The translations under genes were made by a program, and so were the position numbers. From Clostridium sp. 26_21 (GTDB taxonomy: Bacteria > Bacillota > Clostridia > TANB77 > CAG-508): DNA of 64,000 nt. The stretch lies in contig MNRO01000017.1 of assembly GCA_001915995.1 (NCBI GenBank), forward strand, positions 73,402-137,401, written 5' to 3'. Shown here one piece after another: positions 50,945 through 60,775 of the stretch (position 1 is its first letter; each line of letters opens with the position of its first letter). A model generated the notes under the pieces. It saw only the letters and a program-made list of their open reading frames with translations, searched no databases and was not told the DNA's origin.

Positions 50945-51412
50945 TTAGTTAGCAGTTGAATTTTTTCTATAGTTTCCAGATATTATTTTAGGAAGATATG
51001 TAATTATTTTATATACTGCCAATCTTATTTTTTTGCTCCAAATATATGATTTTCTAAGTTTTCTTGCAGATCCTAATGAAACAGGTTCATCTTCTAATGA
51101 AATAAGTTCAACAGGTTGTTTTTCAATAACAAAGATATAGTTTTTTCCATCATTATTATCCCACTCGTTTTTTTCATTACAGAAACAAAAATTAAAAGTT
51201 TCAACTTCTCCAATTTCTATTTCTATTTGATAGCCTAACTCAGTCTTTGTCATTGGACTTGAAGTTAGGTTTTCCCAGTTATTTCCGAAACCATAATGAA
51301 TAGAAACTTTTTCAGAATTATCTTGAAAAAATTTACCTGTATATGAGATTTTTACTTTACTATTTTCAACTAATTTGTCAGTATTAAAAAATATGTTTTT
51401 TACCAATTCCAT
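50945..51412 (-). CDS. Small protein with a possible starch/glycogen-binding (CBM20/25/26-like) fold (…NEWDNNDGKNYIFVI…).
   Basis: ORF track, 155 aa; weak motif recognition. Confidence 0.35.
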   Translation of the reverse strand: MELVKNIFFNTDKLVENSKVKISYTGKFFQDNSEKVSIHYGFGNNWENLTSSPMTKTELGYQIEIEIGEVETFNFCFCNEKNEWDNNDGKNYIFVIEKQPVELISLEDEPVSLGSARKLRKSYIWSKKIRLAVYKIITYLPKIISGNYRKNSTAN

Positions 51413-51580
51413 TTTGAAAACTCCTTATCTTTTGATAAAACATATTATAATATTTTATTTTACAATATGCAAGTGTTTTTTACAAAAATTTCATAAAAAC
51501 TTAAAGATTAGATTTTCTAAAATAGATTGTAAAAAAAATGATTATATGTTATTATTAATAAGAATGAAAAGGAGTTGTAT

Positions 51581-53218
51581 ATGGTTGAATTAGAAGAAAA
51601 AACAAAGGATATAGAAGAATTAAAAATACCAGAGATAAAAGAAAACGAAAGTCAGGAAAAACAACAAATTATTATACCCAAAAAGAAAAGTAAAAAATGG
51701 ATTATAATATCTATTTTAATAATGGCAGTCATCTTATTAATATTTTCAACAATATTTGCAATAATAAATATAGGAAATAAAGGAATTATAAAAGGAATAT
51801 CAATTGAAAATATTGATGTCTCAAATATGACAATAGAAGAGGCAACAAATTTATTAGAAGAAATAATAAATAAAGATAAGGAAAATGAAATAATTTTTAA
51901 ATATAAAGAAGTTGAAATCCCAATTACATATGAAGCCTTAGAAGTGGAATTTAATATAAAAGATGTAGTAGAAAAGGCATATAAAATAGGAAGAGATAGT
52001 AATATATTAAAAAATAATTTTGAAATCCTTTCAACATGGATAAATACAACTAATATTAAATTAACATCAAACTTTGACGAAAATGTAGTAAAACAAGTTT
52101 GTGAAAATATAAATAATACTTCAGAAGATGCAATTATTGAACCAAGTTATTATATAGAGGATGATAAATTAATTATAACACCTGGTAAAAAAGGAATTAA
52201 TGTTAATCAAAATGAAGTAAAAAATAAAGTAAATGATATTTTAAATATTAATTCAGAAAAGAGTACTGTTATAGAGGTTATGGTTGATTATAAAGAACCA
52301 CAGCCAATAGATTTAGAAAAAATTCATAATGAAATATTTAAGGAAGCAAAAGATGCATATTATACTAATGAACCATTTACAATATATCCAGAGGTAAAAG
52401 GGATAGATTTTGATATGGAAAATGCGAAAATGATTATATCTGAAGAAAAAGAAGAATATGAGATTCCTATTATTATAACACAACCTAATAAAACGGTAAA
52501 TGATATAGGAACAGAAGCTTTTCCAGATTTATTAGGAACATGTTCAACAAAATATAATGCAGGAAATACAGGAAGAACAACTAACTTGAAATTGTCAGCT
52601 GGAAAAATAAATGGAAAAGTTTTGTTAGCAGGAGAAGAGTTTTCTTATAATAAAACAGTAGGAGAAAGGACAATTGCAGCAGGTTATAAAATGGCTGCTA
52701 CATATTCTGGAGGAAAAGTTGTAGATGGTCTTGGAGGAGGAATTTGTCAGATATCATCAACATTATATGATGCTGTAGTGTTTGCTGATTTGGATGTAAC
52801 AGTAAGAAGAAATCATCAATTTGTTACTTCATACTTACCAGGAGGAAAAGATGCAACTGTTGTATGGGGGGCACAAGATTTTAAATTTAAAAATTCAAGA
52901 AAATATCCTATTAAAATTACAGCTACTGTTAGTGGAGGTGTTGCTACAATTCAAGTTTGGGGACATTATGAAGAAACAGAATATGATATTTCAATAGAAA
53001 CTAAGAAAACGGCTACAATTGCATATACAACACAATATATTAATGATTCAAGTTTACCAGCCGGAACACAAAAAGTTGTTCAAAAAGGAAATAATGGTAG
53101 TAAATATGAAGCATATAAAGTGAAAAAATTGAATGGCGAAGTTGTTTCAAGAACACTTCTTTCTAAAGATACATATAATGCAATGCAAAAGATTATTAGA
53201 GTTGGAACAGGTAATTAA
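51581..53218 (+). CDS. VanW-family protein with a C-terminal G5 domain; membrane-anchored. Likely start MVELEEK, with AAAGGAG upstream.
   Basis: ORF track, 547 aa. Confidence 0.65.
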   Translation: MVELEEKTKDIEELKIPEIKENESQEKQQIIIPKKKSKKWIIISILIMAVILLIFSTIFAIINIGNKGIIKGISIENIDVSNMTIEEATNLLEEIINKDKENEIIFKYKEVEIPITYEALEVEFNIKDVVEKAYKIGRDSNILKNNFEILSTWINTTNIKLTSNFDENVVKQVCENINNTSEDAIIEPSYYIEDDKLIITPGKKGINVNQNEVKNKVNDILNINSEKSTVIEVMVDYKEPQPIDLEKIHNEIFKEAKDAYYTNEPFTIYPEVKGIDFDMENAKMIISEEKEEYEIPIIITQPNKTVNDIGTEAFPDLLGTCSTKYNAGNTGRTTNLKLSAGKINGKVLLAGEEFSYNKTVGERTIAAGYKMAATYSGGKVVDGLGGGICQISSTLYDAVVFADLDVTVRRNHQFVTSYLPGGKDATVVWGAQDFKFKNSRKYPIKITATVSGGVATIQVWGHYEETEYDISIETKKTATIAYTTQYINDSSLPAGTQKVVQKGNNGSKYEAYKVKKLNGEVVSRTLLSKDTYNAMQKIIRVGTGN

Positions 53219-53253
53219 AGATAATTAAATTGACGAAAATATAAAATCCCATA

Positions 53254-53282
53254 TTGACAAATATTTTAAATAGTATTATAAT
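53254..53282 (+). promoter_or_regulatory. Promoter TTGACA, 17-nt spacer, TATAAT upstream of tRNA-Lys(CTT). It overlaps the hairpin at 53281-53312 (ATAGGTTTGC…GCAAACCTAT followed by T-rich sequence), which may also terminate the VanW gene.
   Basis: Seen in the sequence. Confidence 0.5.
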
Positions 53283-53318
53283 AGGTTTGCTATAGTGATA
53301 TGGCAAACCTATTTATTT

Positions 53319-53394
53319 GCACCATTAGCTCAGCTGGTAGAGCAGCTGACTCTTAATCAGAAGGTCCGCGGTTCGATCCCGCGATGGTGCACCA
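53319..53394 (+). tRNA. tRNA-Lys (anticodon CTT).
   Basis: Folded by hand; acceptor GCACCAT / ATGGTGC; anticodon loop CTCTTAA. Confidence 0.8.
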
Positions 53395-53402
53395 AAATAA
53401 AA

Positions 53403-53435
53403 AATAGTAGATTTTTAAATCTACTATTTTTTTGA
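53403..53435. terminator. Bidirectional terminator AATAGTAGATTT…AAATCTACTATT followed by T7. It terminates tRNA-Lys on the plus strand and the DUF2207 gene on the minus strand.
   Basis: Seen in the sequence. Confidence 0.7.
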
Positions 53436-53438
53436 ATT

Positions 53439-55172
53439 CTAACGGAAACCACCGCCTCCGCCACCACCACCGAAGGAACCACCGCCTCCGCCTCCAGAAG
53501 AGAATCCACCTCCACCAGAAGAATAGCTTTCAGCTCTACTTTTTGCTGTATTAGCAGCAGAAATACCATTATTTGAACATAATGCAATGTAATAAAAATT
53601 ATCATATGATGTAAAATGTGATTGCTCAATTAAGTCTGGATAAAGTTCTTTAAATTGTTTTGCAACAGTTTTTGCAATTCCAAGCATTTGTGCAAATATT
53701 AGATAATCTTCAAATAAAGAAACTTCTATTGCTTCTCTTTCATGTATTAAAGTATAATCAATTAAATATTTCTTTAAACCAGCAATTTGTATGGCTTCAT
53801 TTCTTATCTCAGGAGTAACTGTAAATACAGTTGATTTAAATATTTTTAAAGTTGTTTTTTCATGTGGTATTAAAAATCCATTAATAACTAAATCTTGTTT
53901 TTCTTCTTTTAAAATATTTTCAAACCAATTAAGTATTTTTGAATAATTATTTCTACACCATCTTTCAAATTCTTTATTTTCTAATATTCCGTCACCACTT
54001 GCACGATAAAGCAGGTCAAATAGCTCTTTTTCTTTAGCATTTGTAATTAACTCTGTTTTAGCACCATTTAAGATAATAACAGTATTTTCTTTTTTAAAGA
54101 TTACACCTTGTTCTTTTTGTTCTAATTTAATTAAAGAATCTTTTAACCACTTTAATATAATTGCACCAAGTATATCTGTCTTATTTTTTAGTAATCCATA
54201 ATTATATGCAATATAGTAAGCTCTAAATAAATTTCCATTACAAGGAATATCTCTATAATAATCTAAATCTGATGGCATTTTTTTACCGTTTTCTCCAAAA
54301 TCAAGTGATTCAGGATTTGATTTTACAGCAATTAAAATTATAATTATTGCAAATGGTAAAAATGATATTATAAAAGAAAATAGTCCTAAAATAATATCGA
54401 AAAATGATGAGCCATTTGATGAATTATATGAAGAATTATCTATATAATGTTCAGCTCCATCTTCTGCCATATTTAAATAATGATTAAAATCATAATCTAA
54501 TCTATTATTACAATTAAAACTTTCCAAAGGAAATTGAACTAATATTGTCATATATTCATCTGTTGCTAAATTTCCATCTGACTGCATTTCAATATAACCA
54601 TCATAAACATATGCTGTTCCACCATAATTGCCATAGCCCCAAACTCCAACAGAATCTGGAATGTTAAAATTAGAATGAATTTTGATATATACATTTCCAA
54701 TTGAATTTGAAAAATCATATGGAATTAATGTCCAATATATCATTTGTGAATCTGAAAGTTCAGAAACAAAATTTGAGATATTGTATTTTACAGTATAAGT
54801 ATGTGAACTGTAATTGCTTATTCCCCAGCAAAGTTCGACACCATTTGATAATCTATTTATACCACATTTGTAAGCCTTATCAGATAAAGAACCTGATGTA
54901 TTCCAAGTTGATAGTGTAGTATATTTTGTTCCATTTTCTGAAACTGTTAAATTAGTTATTTCTGAATTTCCTAAATTATAATATGGATGATATACTTCAG
55001 TTCCTTGAGATGTTTTACATTTCCATATTTCTGTTACAGATGCATTACCATTATCATCAATGGCAATATCCATAGATATACTATTTATAGAATTTGCTTC
55101 TGTTTTTTGAAACAAGCTAAGCAAAATTAGTGAAAAAATAGTAAGTAAAAAAATTTTAATTGTTTTTTTCAT
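53439..55172 (-). CDS. DUF2207-family membrane protein: signal peptide, extracellular domain, two TM helices and a Gly-rich C-terminal tail (GGGGFSSGGGGGGSFGGGGGGGGFR).
   Basis: ORF track, 577 aa. Confidence 0.6.
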   Translation of the reverse strand: MKKTIKIFLLTIFSLILLSLFQKTEANSINSISMDIAIDDNGNASVTEIWKCKTSQGTEVYHPYYNLGNSEITNLTVSENGTKYTTLSTWNTSGSLSDKAYKCGINRLSNGVELCWGISNYSSHTYTVKYNISNFVSELSDSQMIYWTLIPYDFSNSIGNVYIKIHSNFNIPDSVGVWGYGNYGGTAYVYDGYIEMQSDGNLATDEYMTILVQFPLESFNCNNRLDYDFNHYLNMAEDGAEHYIDNSSYNSSNGSSFFDIILGLFSFIISFLPFAIIIILIAVKSNPESLDFGENGKKMPSDLDYYRDIPCNGNLFRAYYIAYNYGLLKNKTDILGAIILKWLKDSLIKLEQKEQGVIFKKENTVIILNGAKTELITNAKEKELFDLLYRASGDGILENKEFERWCRNNYSKILNWFENILKEEKQDLVINGFLIPHEKTTLKIFKSTVFTVTPEIRNEAIQIAGLKKYLIDYTLIHEREAIEVSLFEDYLIFAQMLGIAKTVAKQFKELYPDLIEQSHFTSYDNFYYIALCSNNGISAANTAKSRAESYSSGGGGFSSGGGGGGSFGGGGGGGGFR

Positions 55173-55194
55173 TAAAAACCCCCCTCTTTATAAA

Positions 55195-56409
55195 TTAGTC
55201 TAAATTTTCTCCTATTGTATTTTTTATTCTAGTAAGTTCTGTTTGTAAAGTAGAATAAGTATTTGAACTAATAATATGATTTCCAGAATTATAGTTATTA
55301 AGAGCCTTTTCAATATCCATAACAAGGTATTTTTGTTTATTTCTTGATGTATTTTTATACATATATATTGGTGTATAGGTAACCTTTCCAATAGTTGTTT
55401 TATTTGTTTCGCCATTTTTAGTTAATTCAATATTTAATATAATAGAATTACGAGTTCTTTCCTTAGTTTGACCAGACATAAAATTTCCTAGTGAATATAT
55501 AACAAATCCGTCTTTGGTAGAGCCATCATCAAGAGTAATTGTCCTTTTTTCCATTGGTTGTAAAACATGTGGATGACTACCTAATATTATGTCTGTACCA
55601 TTTTGAAATAATAGGTCAGCAAGTCTTTCTTGCTCCTTATTTTGAGTGTTTTGGTATTCAATTCCCCAATGCATACTAACACAAATTAAATCAGGATTTT
55701 GTTCTTTCGCTAATTCTAATTGAGTTAAGATTAAGTCATCACTAATTAAATTTACGGAATAGTCTCTTTGTGAAGAAACAGGAATACCATTAGTTCCGTA
55801 AGTAAAAGACAAAAATGCAATTTTTATACCATTTACATTTTTTATTAAAACTGTATTTTGCTCTTCTAAACTTCTAGATGTACCAGTATGTGAAATTCCA
55901 GCATCATCTAAATAATTTAAAGTACTAACTAATCCTTTATATCCAGTATCCATACAATGATTATTTGCAGTTGAAACAACATCAATACCAAAATCTTTTA
56001 AATTATATGCTAATTGCTCAGGAGTATTGAATGTTGGATAATTGCTATAACCTCTTTCAGCACCAGCAAAGGTTGTTTCAAGATTTCCTATTGCAATATC
56101 AGCATTTGAGATATAGTCTTTTATATCTGAGAAAACATAAGAAAAATCATATGTAGAACCATTAAATGCATCTTGATATTGAGAATTATGACACATTATA
56201 TCACCAATAACACTCATATTTATAGTTACATCTTCTTTTTTGGGAATATTTACAATTAAGCTTGTATCTTCTGTATTCTGTGTTGGTTGTGCTTCAGATG
56301 ACAAAATTTCTTGTGATTTTTTATTTAATGATGAAAAATGTTCAATGCCAAATAAAATTAACATTGTTAAAATGACGATTGAAATAAATAATAAAATTTT
56401 CTTTCTCAT
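55195..56409 (-). CDS. CapA/PGA_cap-family metallophosphatase-like protein (poly-gamma-glutamate capsule-synthesis type), signal-anchored.
   Basis: ORF track, 404 aa; VIGDIMCH…NLETTF…NNHCMD motifs. Confidence 0.65.
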   Translation of the reverse strand: MRKKILLFISIVILTMLILFGIEHFSSLNKKSQEILSSEAQPTQNTEDTSLIVNIPKKEDVTINMSVIGDIMCHNSQYQDAFNGSTYDFSYVFSDIKDYISNADIAIGNLETTFAGAERGYSNYPTFNTPEQLAYNLKDFGIDVVSTANNHCMDTGYKGLVSTLNYLDDAGISHTGTSRSLEEQNTVLIKNVNGIKIAFLSFTYGTNGIPVSSQRDYSVNLISDDLILTQLELAKEQNPDLICVSMHWGIEYQNTQNKEQERLADLLFQNGTDIILGSHPHVLQPMEKRTITLDDGSTKDGFVIYSLGNFMSGQTKERTRNSIILNIELTKNGETNKTTIGKVTYTPIYMYKNTSRNKQKYLVMDIEKALNNYNSGNHIISSNTYSTLQTELTRIKNTIGENLD

Positions 56410-56567
56410 AACTAAAAATCCCCTTTCATTTTATAAACAAAATTTATCATATTACGACAAAAAAAGCAATAGTGAAAAATGTATGAAATGACTTGTTAAA
56501 ATTGTAAAATTGTGGTATAGTAGATAAGCAATAAGAAGTGGAAAAGTAAAATTAAGGAGGAGATAAC

Positions 56568-58148
56568 ATGTTAACTGCAACAGGAGTAACTGTTAGATTT
56601 GGAAAAAGAGTATTATTTGAAGATGTAAATATAAAATTTGGTAAAGGAAATTGTTATGGAATAATAGGAGCAAATGGTGCTGGAAAATCAACATTTTTGA
56701 AAGTTTTATCAGGAGAGTTAGAACCAAGTAAAGGAGAAGTATCACTTGAAAAAGGAGAAAGACTTTCTATATTAAAACAGGATCACTTTGCTTTTGAAGA
56801 ATATACAGTAATGGATACTGTAATCATGGGGAATAAAGAGTTATATGACATAATGAAAGAAAAAGATGCAATATATATGAAACCAGATTTTTCAGAAGAA
56901 GATGGAATGAAAGCAGCAAAATTAGAAGAAAGATTTGCAGAATTAGATGGTTGGAATGCTGAATCAGATGCAGCAATGCTTTTAAATGATTTAGGAATAA
57001 TACCAGAAAATCACTATAAATTAATGAGTGAAATGGAAGCAAGAGATAAGGTAAAAGTATTACTTGCGCAAGCTTTATTTGGAAATCCAGATGTATTATT
57101 ACTAGATGAACCAACAAATGACTTAGACTTAAAAAGTATTAATTGGTTACAAGAATTTTTAATTAACTTTGAAAATACTGTAATTGTAGTATCACATGAT
57201 AGATATTTCCTAAACAAAGTTTGTACACATATTGCAGATGTTGACTTTGGAAAAATAAAAGTATATCCAGGAAATTATGATTTTTGGTATGAATCAAGTC
57301 AATTAGCATTAAAGCAAATGAAAGAACAAAATAAGAAAAAAGAAGAAAAAATCAAAGAATTACAAGACTTTATTGCAAGATTTAGTGCTAATGCTTCAAA
57401 ATCAAAACAAGCTACATCAAGAAAGAAAACATTAGAGAAGATTGAACTAGATGAAATAAAACCATCAAATAGAAAATATCCATATGTTGATTTTAAACCA
57501 GATAGAGAACCAGGAAAAGAAATATTACAAGTAAAAAATGTATCTAAAACAGTAAATGGTGAAAAAATATTAGATAATATATCATTTACAGTAAAAACAG
57601 GGGATAAAATAGCATTTTTAGCAGATAATGAAAATGCTAAAACAGTATTATTCCAAATAATTGCAGGTGAAATGGAACCAGATGAAGGAGAACTTATTTG
57701 GGGAACAACAATTACTAAGTCTTATTTCCCCAAAGATAATAATTATTTGTTTGATGTTGATGAAAATTTAACAGAATGGTTAAGAAAATACTCAAAAGAT
57801 CCAGATGAGACATATGTTAGAGGATTTTTGGGAAGAATGTTATTTTCAGGTGATGAATCATTAAAACAAGCAAGAGTTATATCAGGTGGAGAAAAAGTAA
57901 GATGTGTACTTGCCAAAATGATGTTATCAGGTGCAAATTTTTTAATATTTGACGAACCAACAAACCATTTAGATATGGAAAGTATCACATCTGTAAATGA
58001 TGGAATGAGTAAATTTAAGGGAAATATTTTATTTACATCACATGATCATCAATTAACACAAACAGTTGCAAATAGAATTATTGATATAAAAGCTGATAAG
58101 GTTATTGATAGAGAAGTTACATATAATGAATATTTAGGAATTGAATAA
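56568..58148 (+). CDS. ABC-F family ATPase (two ABC domains, no TM), Uup/YbiT-like.
   Basis: ORF track, 526 aa; two Walker A motifs (GANGAGKST; …) and two LSGGE signature motifs. Confidence 0.8.
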   Translation: MLTATGVTVRFGKRVLFEDVNIKFGKGNCYGIIGANGAGKSTFLKVLSGELEPSKGEVSLEKGERLSILKQDHFAFEEYTVMDTVIMGNKELYDIMKEKDAIYMKPDFSEEDGMKAAKLEERFAELDGWNAESDAAMLLNDLGIIPENHYKLMSEMEARDKVKVLLAQALFGNPDVLLLDEPTNDLDLKSINWLQEFLINFENTVIVVSHDRYFLNKVCTHIADVDFGKIKVYPGNYDFWYESSQLALKQMKEQNKKKEEKIKELQDFIARFSANASKSKQATSRKKTLEKIELDEIKPSNRKYPYVDFKPDREPGKEILQVKNVSKTVNGEKILDNISFTVKTGDKIAFLADNENAKTVLFQIIAGEMEPDEGELIWGTTITKSYFPKDNNYLFDVDENLTEWLRKYSKDPDETYVRGFLGRMLFSGDESLKQARVISGGEKVRCVLAKMMLSGANFLIFDEPTNHLDMESITSVNDGMSKFKGNILFTSHDHQLTQTVANRIIDIKADKVIDREVTYNEYLGIE

Positions 58149-58379
58149 ATTTAAAAAGGATTTCTTATGATAAAATTCATATTGAAATTCTTTTTTATAT
58201 AATCAGTATTTTTCTTTAATAGTTTAAAAATTAAATAGAGTAAGAATAAATAAAAATAACATTGCTTTACGATAGAGATAAATTTATTCTTATAAAAAAA
58301 TCTTTATTTATTATTGATTTTATAAAAGAAAATTGATATATTATAAATATATATGCAATTAATACAAAGGAGAATAACT

Positions 58380-58877
58380 ATGAAAAATGTAAAAAAATCA
58401 AGTGGTGTAACGATGATTTCACTTGTAATAACAGTAATAGTTTTAATAATATTAGCAAGTATGGTAACTCAAACGGGAACAAGTTCAATAAGAAATAATA
58501 GATTTGAAAGATTAAAATATGAAATGGAAATTATACAGAAAAATGTAGCAGTTTGGGCAGAAAAATATAAAGACTATGAAAAAACAGAAATAAAATTAGG
58601 TACAGCTGTTCCAACAAGTAAAATTCCTATTTGTAAAGATGAAATAAGAATATTAAGAGAAAGTGGAATTAAAAATTTGGTAATAAGTGATAAGGTAGAA
58701 GATTATAGATATTTTTCACCATCAACATTTGATAATTTACAAATAAATGGAATTGAAAATGATTATTTTATAGATATAAAAAATCAAGTTGCAATTTTAG
58801 TTGAAGGATACGAATATGAAGGAAAAACATATTATATAATAGATCAAGTTAGAGATGTAGTAAGAGGAGGCATATAG
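58380..58877 (+). CDS. Hypothetical protein with an N-terminal signal anchor. Likely start MKNVKKSSG, with AAAGGAG upstream.
   Basis: ORF track, 174 aa, trimmed to the internal start. Confidence 0.45.
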   Translation: MKNVKKSSGVTMISLVITVIVLIILASMVTQTGTSSIRNNRFERLKYEMEIIQKNVAVWAEKYKDYEKTEIKLGTAVPTSKIPICKDEIRILRESGIKNLVISDKVEDYRYFSPSTFDNLQINGIENDYFIDIKNQVAILVEGYEYEGKTYYIIDQVRDVVRGGI

Positions 58878-59025
58878 TAAAAAAATAAGCATTGTGAAAA
58901 TTAGGTGAAATATATTTACAAAATAAAAATCAAATGATAATATAAGTTCGAATTAGAACTTATATTTTTTTAGGGAAGATCCAATTTAAAACAAATAAGT
59001 AAAGAAAGATTAGGAGGAAAAATTT

Positions 59026-60075
59026 GTGATTCAGGTAGAAAATATTTCAAAAAAGTATGGAAATTTTATAGCAGTAGATAATATTAGTTTTGAAATCGAT
59101 GAAGGAGAAATTGTAGGATTTTTAGGTCCAAATGGTGCGGGAAAAAGTACAACAATGAATATGATAACAGGTTTTATTGAACCGTCAAAAGGAAGAATTA
59201 TTATAGATGGATATGATATTTCTAAAAAAGCCAAAAAGGCTAAGATGCAAATAGGGTATATGCCAGAGGGAGTTCCATTATATAGTGATTTAACAGTAAA
59301 AGAATTTGTTACATATATGTCAGAGTTAAAGAATTGTGATAAAAAAAATAAGAAAGAAAATGTACAAAAAGTATTAGAAGAAACAGGCTTATTAGAAGTT
59401 CAAAATAAATTAACAAAAAATTTATCAAGAGGATACAAACAAAGAGTTAGTATGGCAGGTGCATTAGTTGGAAACCCAAAAGTAATAATACTTGATGAAC
59501 CAACAGTTGGACTTGATCCAAAACAGGTTACGGAAATAAGGGCATTAATAAAGGATTTGGGAAAGAAACATACAGTAATATTAAGCTCACACATTTTATC
59601 AGAGGTAAGTCAAATTTGTAATAGGGTAATAATTATTAATAAAGGAAAAATTATTGCAATAGATACTCCAGAAAATCTTGAAAAGAAAGTTGTTAATAAT
59701 AATGCAATATATGTTACAGTAGAAGATCCTGAAAATAGGATGGAAAATATAAAAGAAAAAATAAATAATATAATAGAAATAAAATTATTAACAGAAAATG
59801 AAGATAAGACAAAAAAATATGAAATTACAGGTGAAAAAGATATTGATTTAAGAAAAGAAATTTTTGAAACATTTGCTAAAGAAGGAATAACAATATTTGA
59901 AATGAAAAAAGCAGATGCAACATTAGAAGATGCATTTATGAAATTAATAACAGATTCACCAAAAAAATCAGAAGAGTCAGAGAATGAAAAAAAAGAAAAG
60001 AAAAAAGTAAATGAACCAACAGAAGAAAAATCTGTAAAAAATTGCGAAAATAAAGATAAGAAGGAGGAAAAATAA
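59026..60075 (+). CDS. ABC transporter ATP-binding protein (ABC-2 type); GTG start preceded by GGAGGA.
   Basis: ORF track, 349 aa; Walker A GPNGAGKST. Confidence 0.8.
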   Translation: MIQVENISKKYGNFIAVDNISFEIDEGEIVGFLGPNGAGKSTTMNMITGFIEPSKGRIIIDGYDISKKAKKAKMQIGYMPEGVPLYSDLTVKEFVTYMSELKNCDKKNKKENVQKVLEETGLLEVQNKLTKNLSRGYKQRVSMAGALVGNPKVIILDEPTVGLDPKQVTEIRALIKDLGKKHTVILSSHILSEVSQICNRVIIINKGKIIAIDTPENLEKKVVNNNAIYVTVEDPENRMENIKEKINNIIEIKLLTENEDKTKKYEITGEKDIDLRKEIFETFAKEGITIFEMKKADATLEDAFMKLITDSPKKSEESENEKKEKKKVNEPTEEKSVKNCENKDKKEEK

Positions 60076-60758
60076 TGTTTGCAGTATTAAAAAAAGAATT
60101 TAAAAGTTACTTTCTTTCTCCAATTGGATATGTTGTAATAGGAATATTTTTAATAGTATTTAGTGTATTCTTTTATTTAACAGCTATAACTAATGGAAGT
60201 GTTGATTTGGGATCATTATATTATTATACAGCATTATATGGATTAATAATAATAGTACCAATTTTAACTATGAGAATGTTTGCAGAAGAAAGAAAAACAG
60301 GAACAGAACAATTAATATTAACATCACCAGTTAGTATGGTAGGTGTAGTATTTGGAAAATTTTTAGCAGCAATGGGGGTAATTATTATTACACTAGTAAT
60401 GTCTTTTATGTACTTTTTTATAGTAAAATTTTTTGGAGAACCAAATATAAATGCAGTTTTAGTACATATATTAGGATTTATACTAATCAGTGCAGCAGCA
60501 ATATCAATAGGAATGTTTGCATCAAGTATTACGGAAAATCAAATAATTGCTGGAATAATAACAGTTGCCTTTTTAGTAATGACATTATTTATACAAGATT
60601 TAAACAGTATATTTGAAAATTTATCATTAATGAATTTTTATAGTTATTTTCCAAGAGGAGTAATTTCATTAAAAGAAGTAGTTGGATTAATATCATTTGC
60701 AGCAATGTTTATATCATTTACAATAATAGTAATGCAAAGACGTAGATTAGTAAAATAA
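60075..60758 (+). CDS. ABC-2 family permease.
   Basis: ORF track, 227 aa; six TM segments; its start overlaps the upstream stop. Confidence 0.7.
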   Translation: MFAVLKKEFKSYFLSPIGYVVIGIFLIVFSVFFYLTAITNGSVDLGSLYYYTALYGLIIIVPILTMRMFAEERKTGTEQLILTSPVSMVGVVFGKFLAAMGVIIITLVMSFMYFFIVKFFGEPNINAVLVHILGFILISAAAISIGMFASSITENQIIAGIITVAFLVMTLFIQDLNSIFENLSLMNFYSYFPRGVISLKEVVGLISFAAMFISFTIIVMQRRRLVK

Positions 60759-60775
60759 GAAAGGGAAGAATAAAA

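Noticed and set aside
53446-53520. Repetitive CCACCGCCTCCGCC units that look like a short tandem-repeat or CRISPR-like array.
   Set aside because: The region is coding: it is the Gly-rich C-terminal tail of the DUF2207 protein (GGGGFSSGGGGGGSFGGGGGGGGFR). It has no spacer-repeat structure, and there is no CRISPR array anywhere in the window.
53357-53629. 90-aa minus-strand ORF overlapping tRNA-Lys(CTT) and the 3' end of the DUF2207 gene.
   Set aside because: It is an alternative frame of the Gly-rich tail coding region that runs through the tRNA and terminator; not credible.
58380-58877. Possible type IV prepilin or competence pseudopilin (KKSSG-VTMISLVITVIVLIIL).
   Set aside because: It lacks the canonical G-F-T-L-I-E cleavage and methylation motif, with no Glu at +5. 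It is more likely a simple signal-anchored protein.
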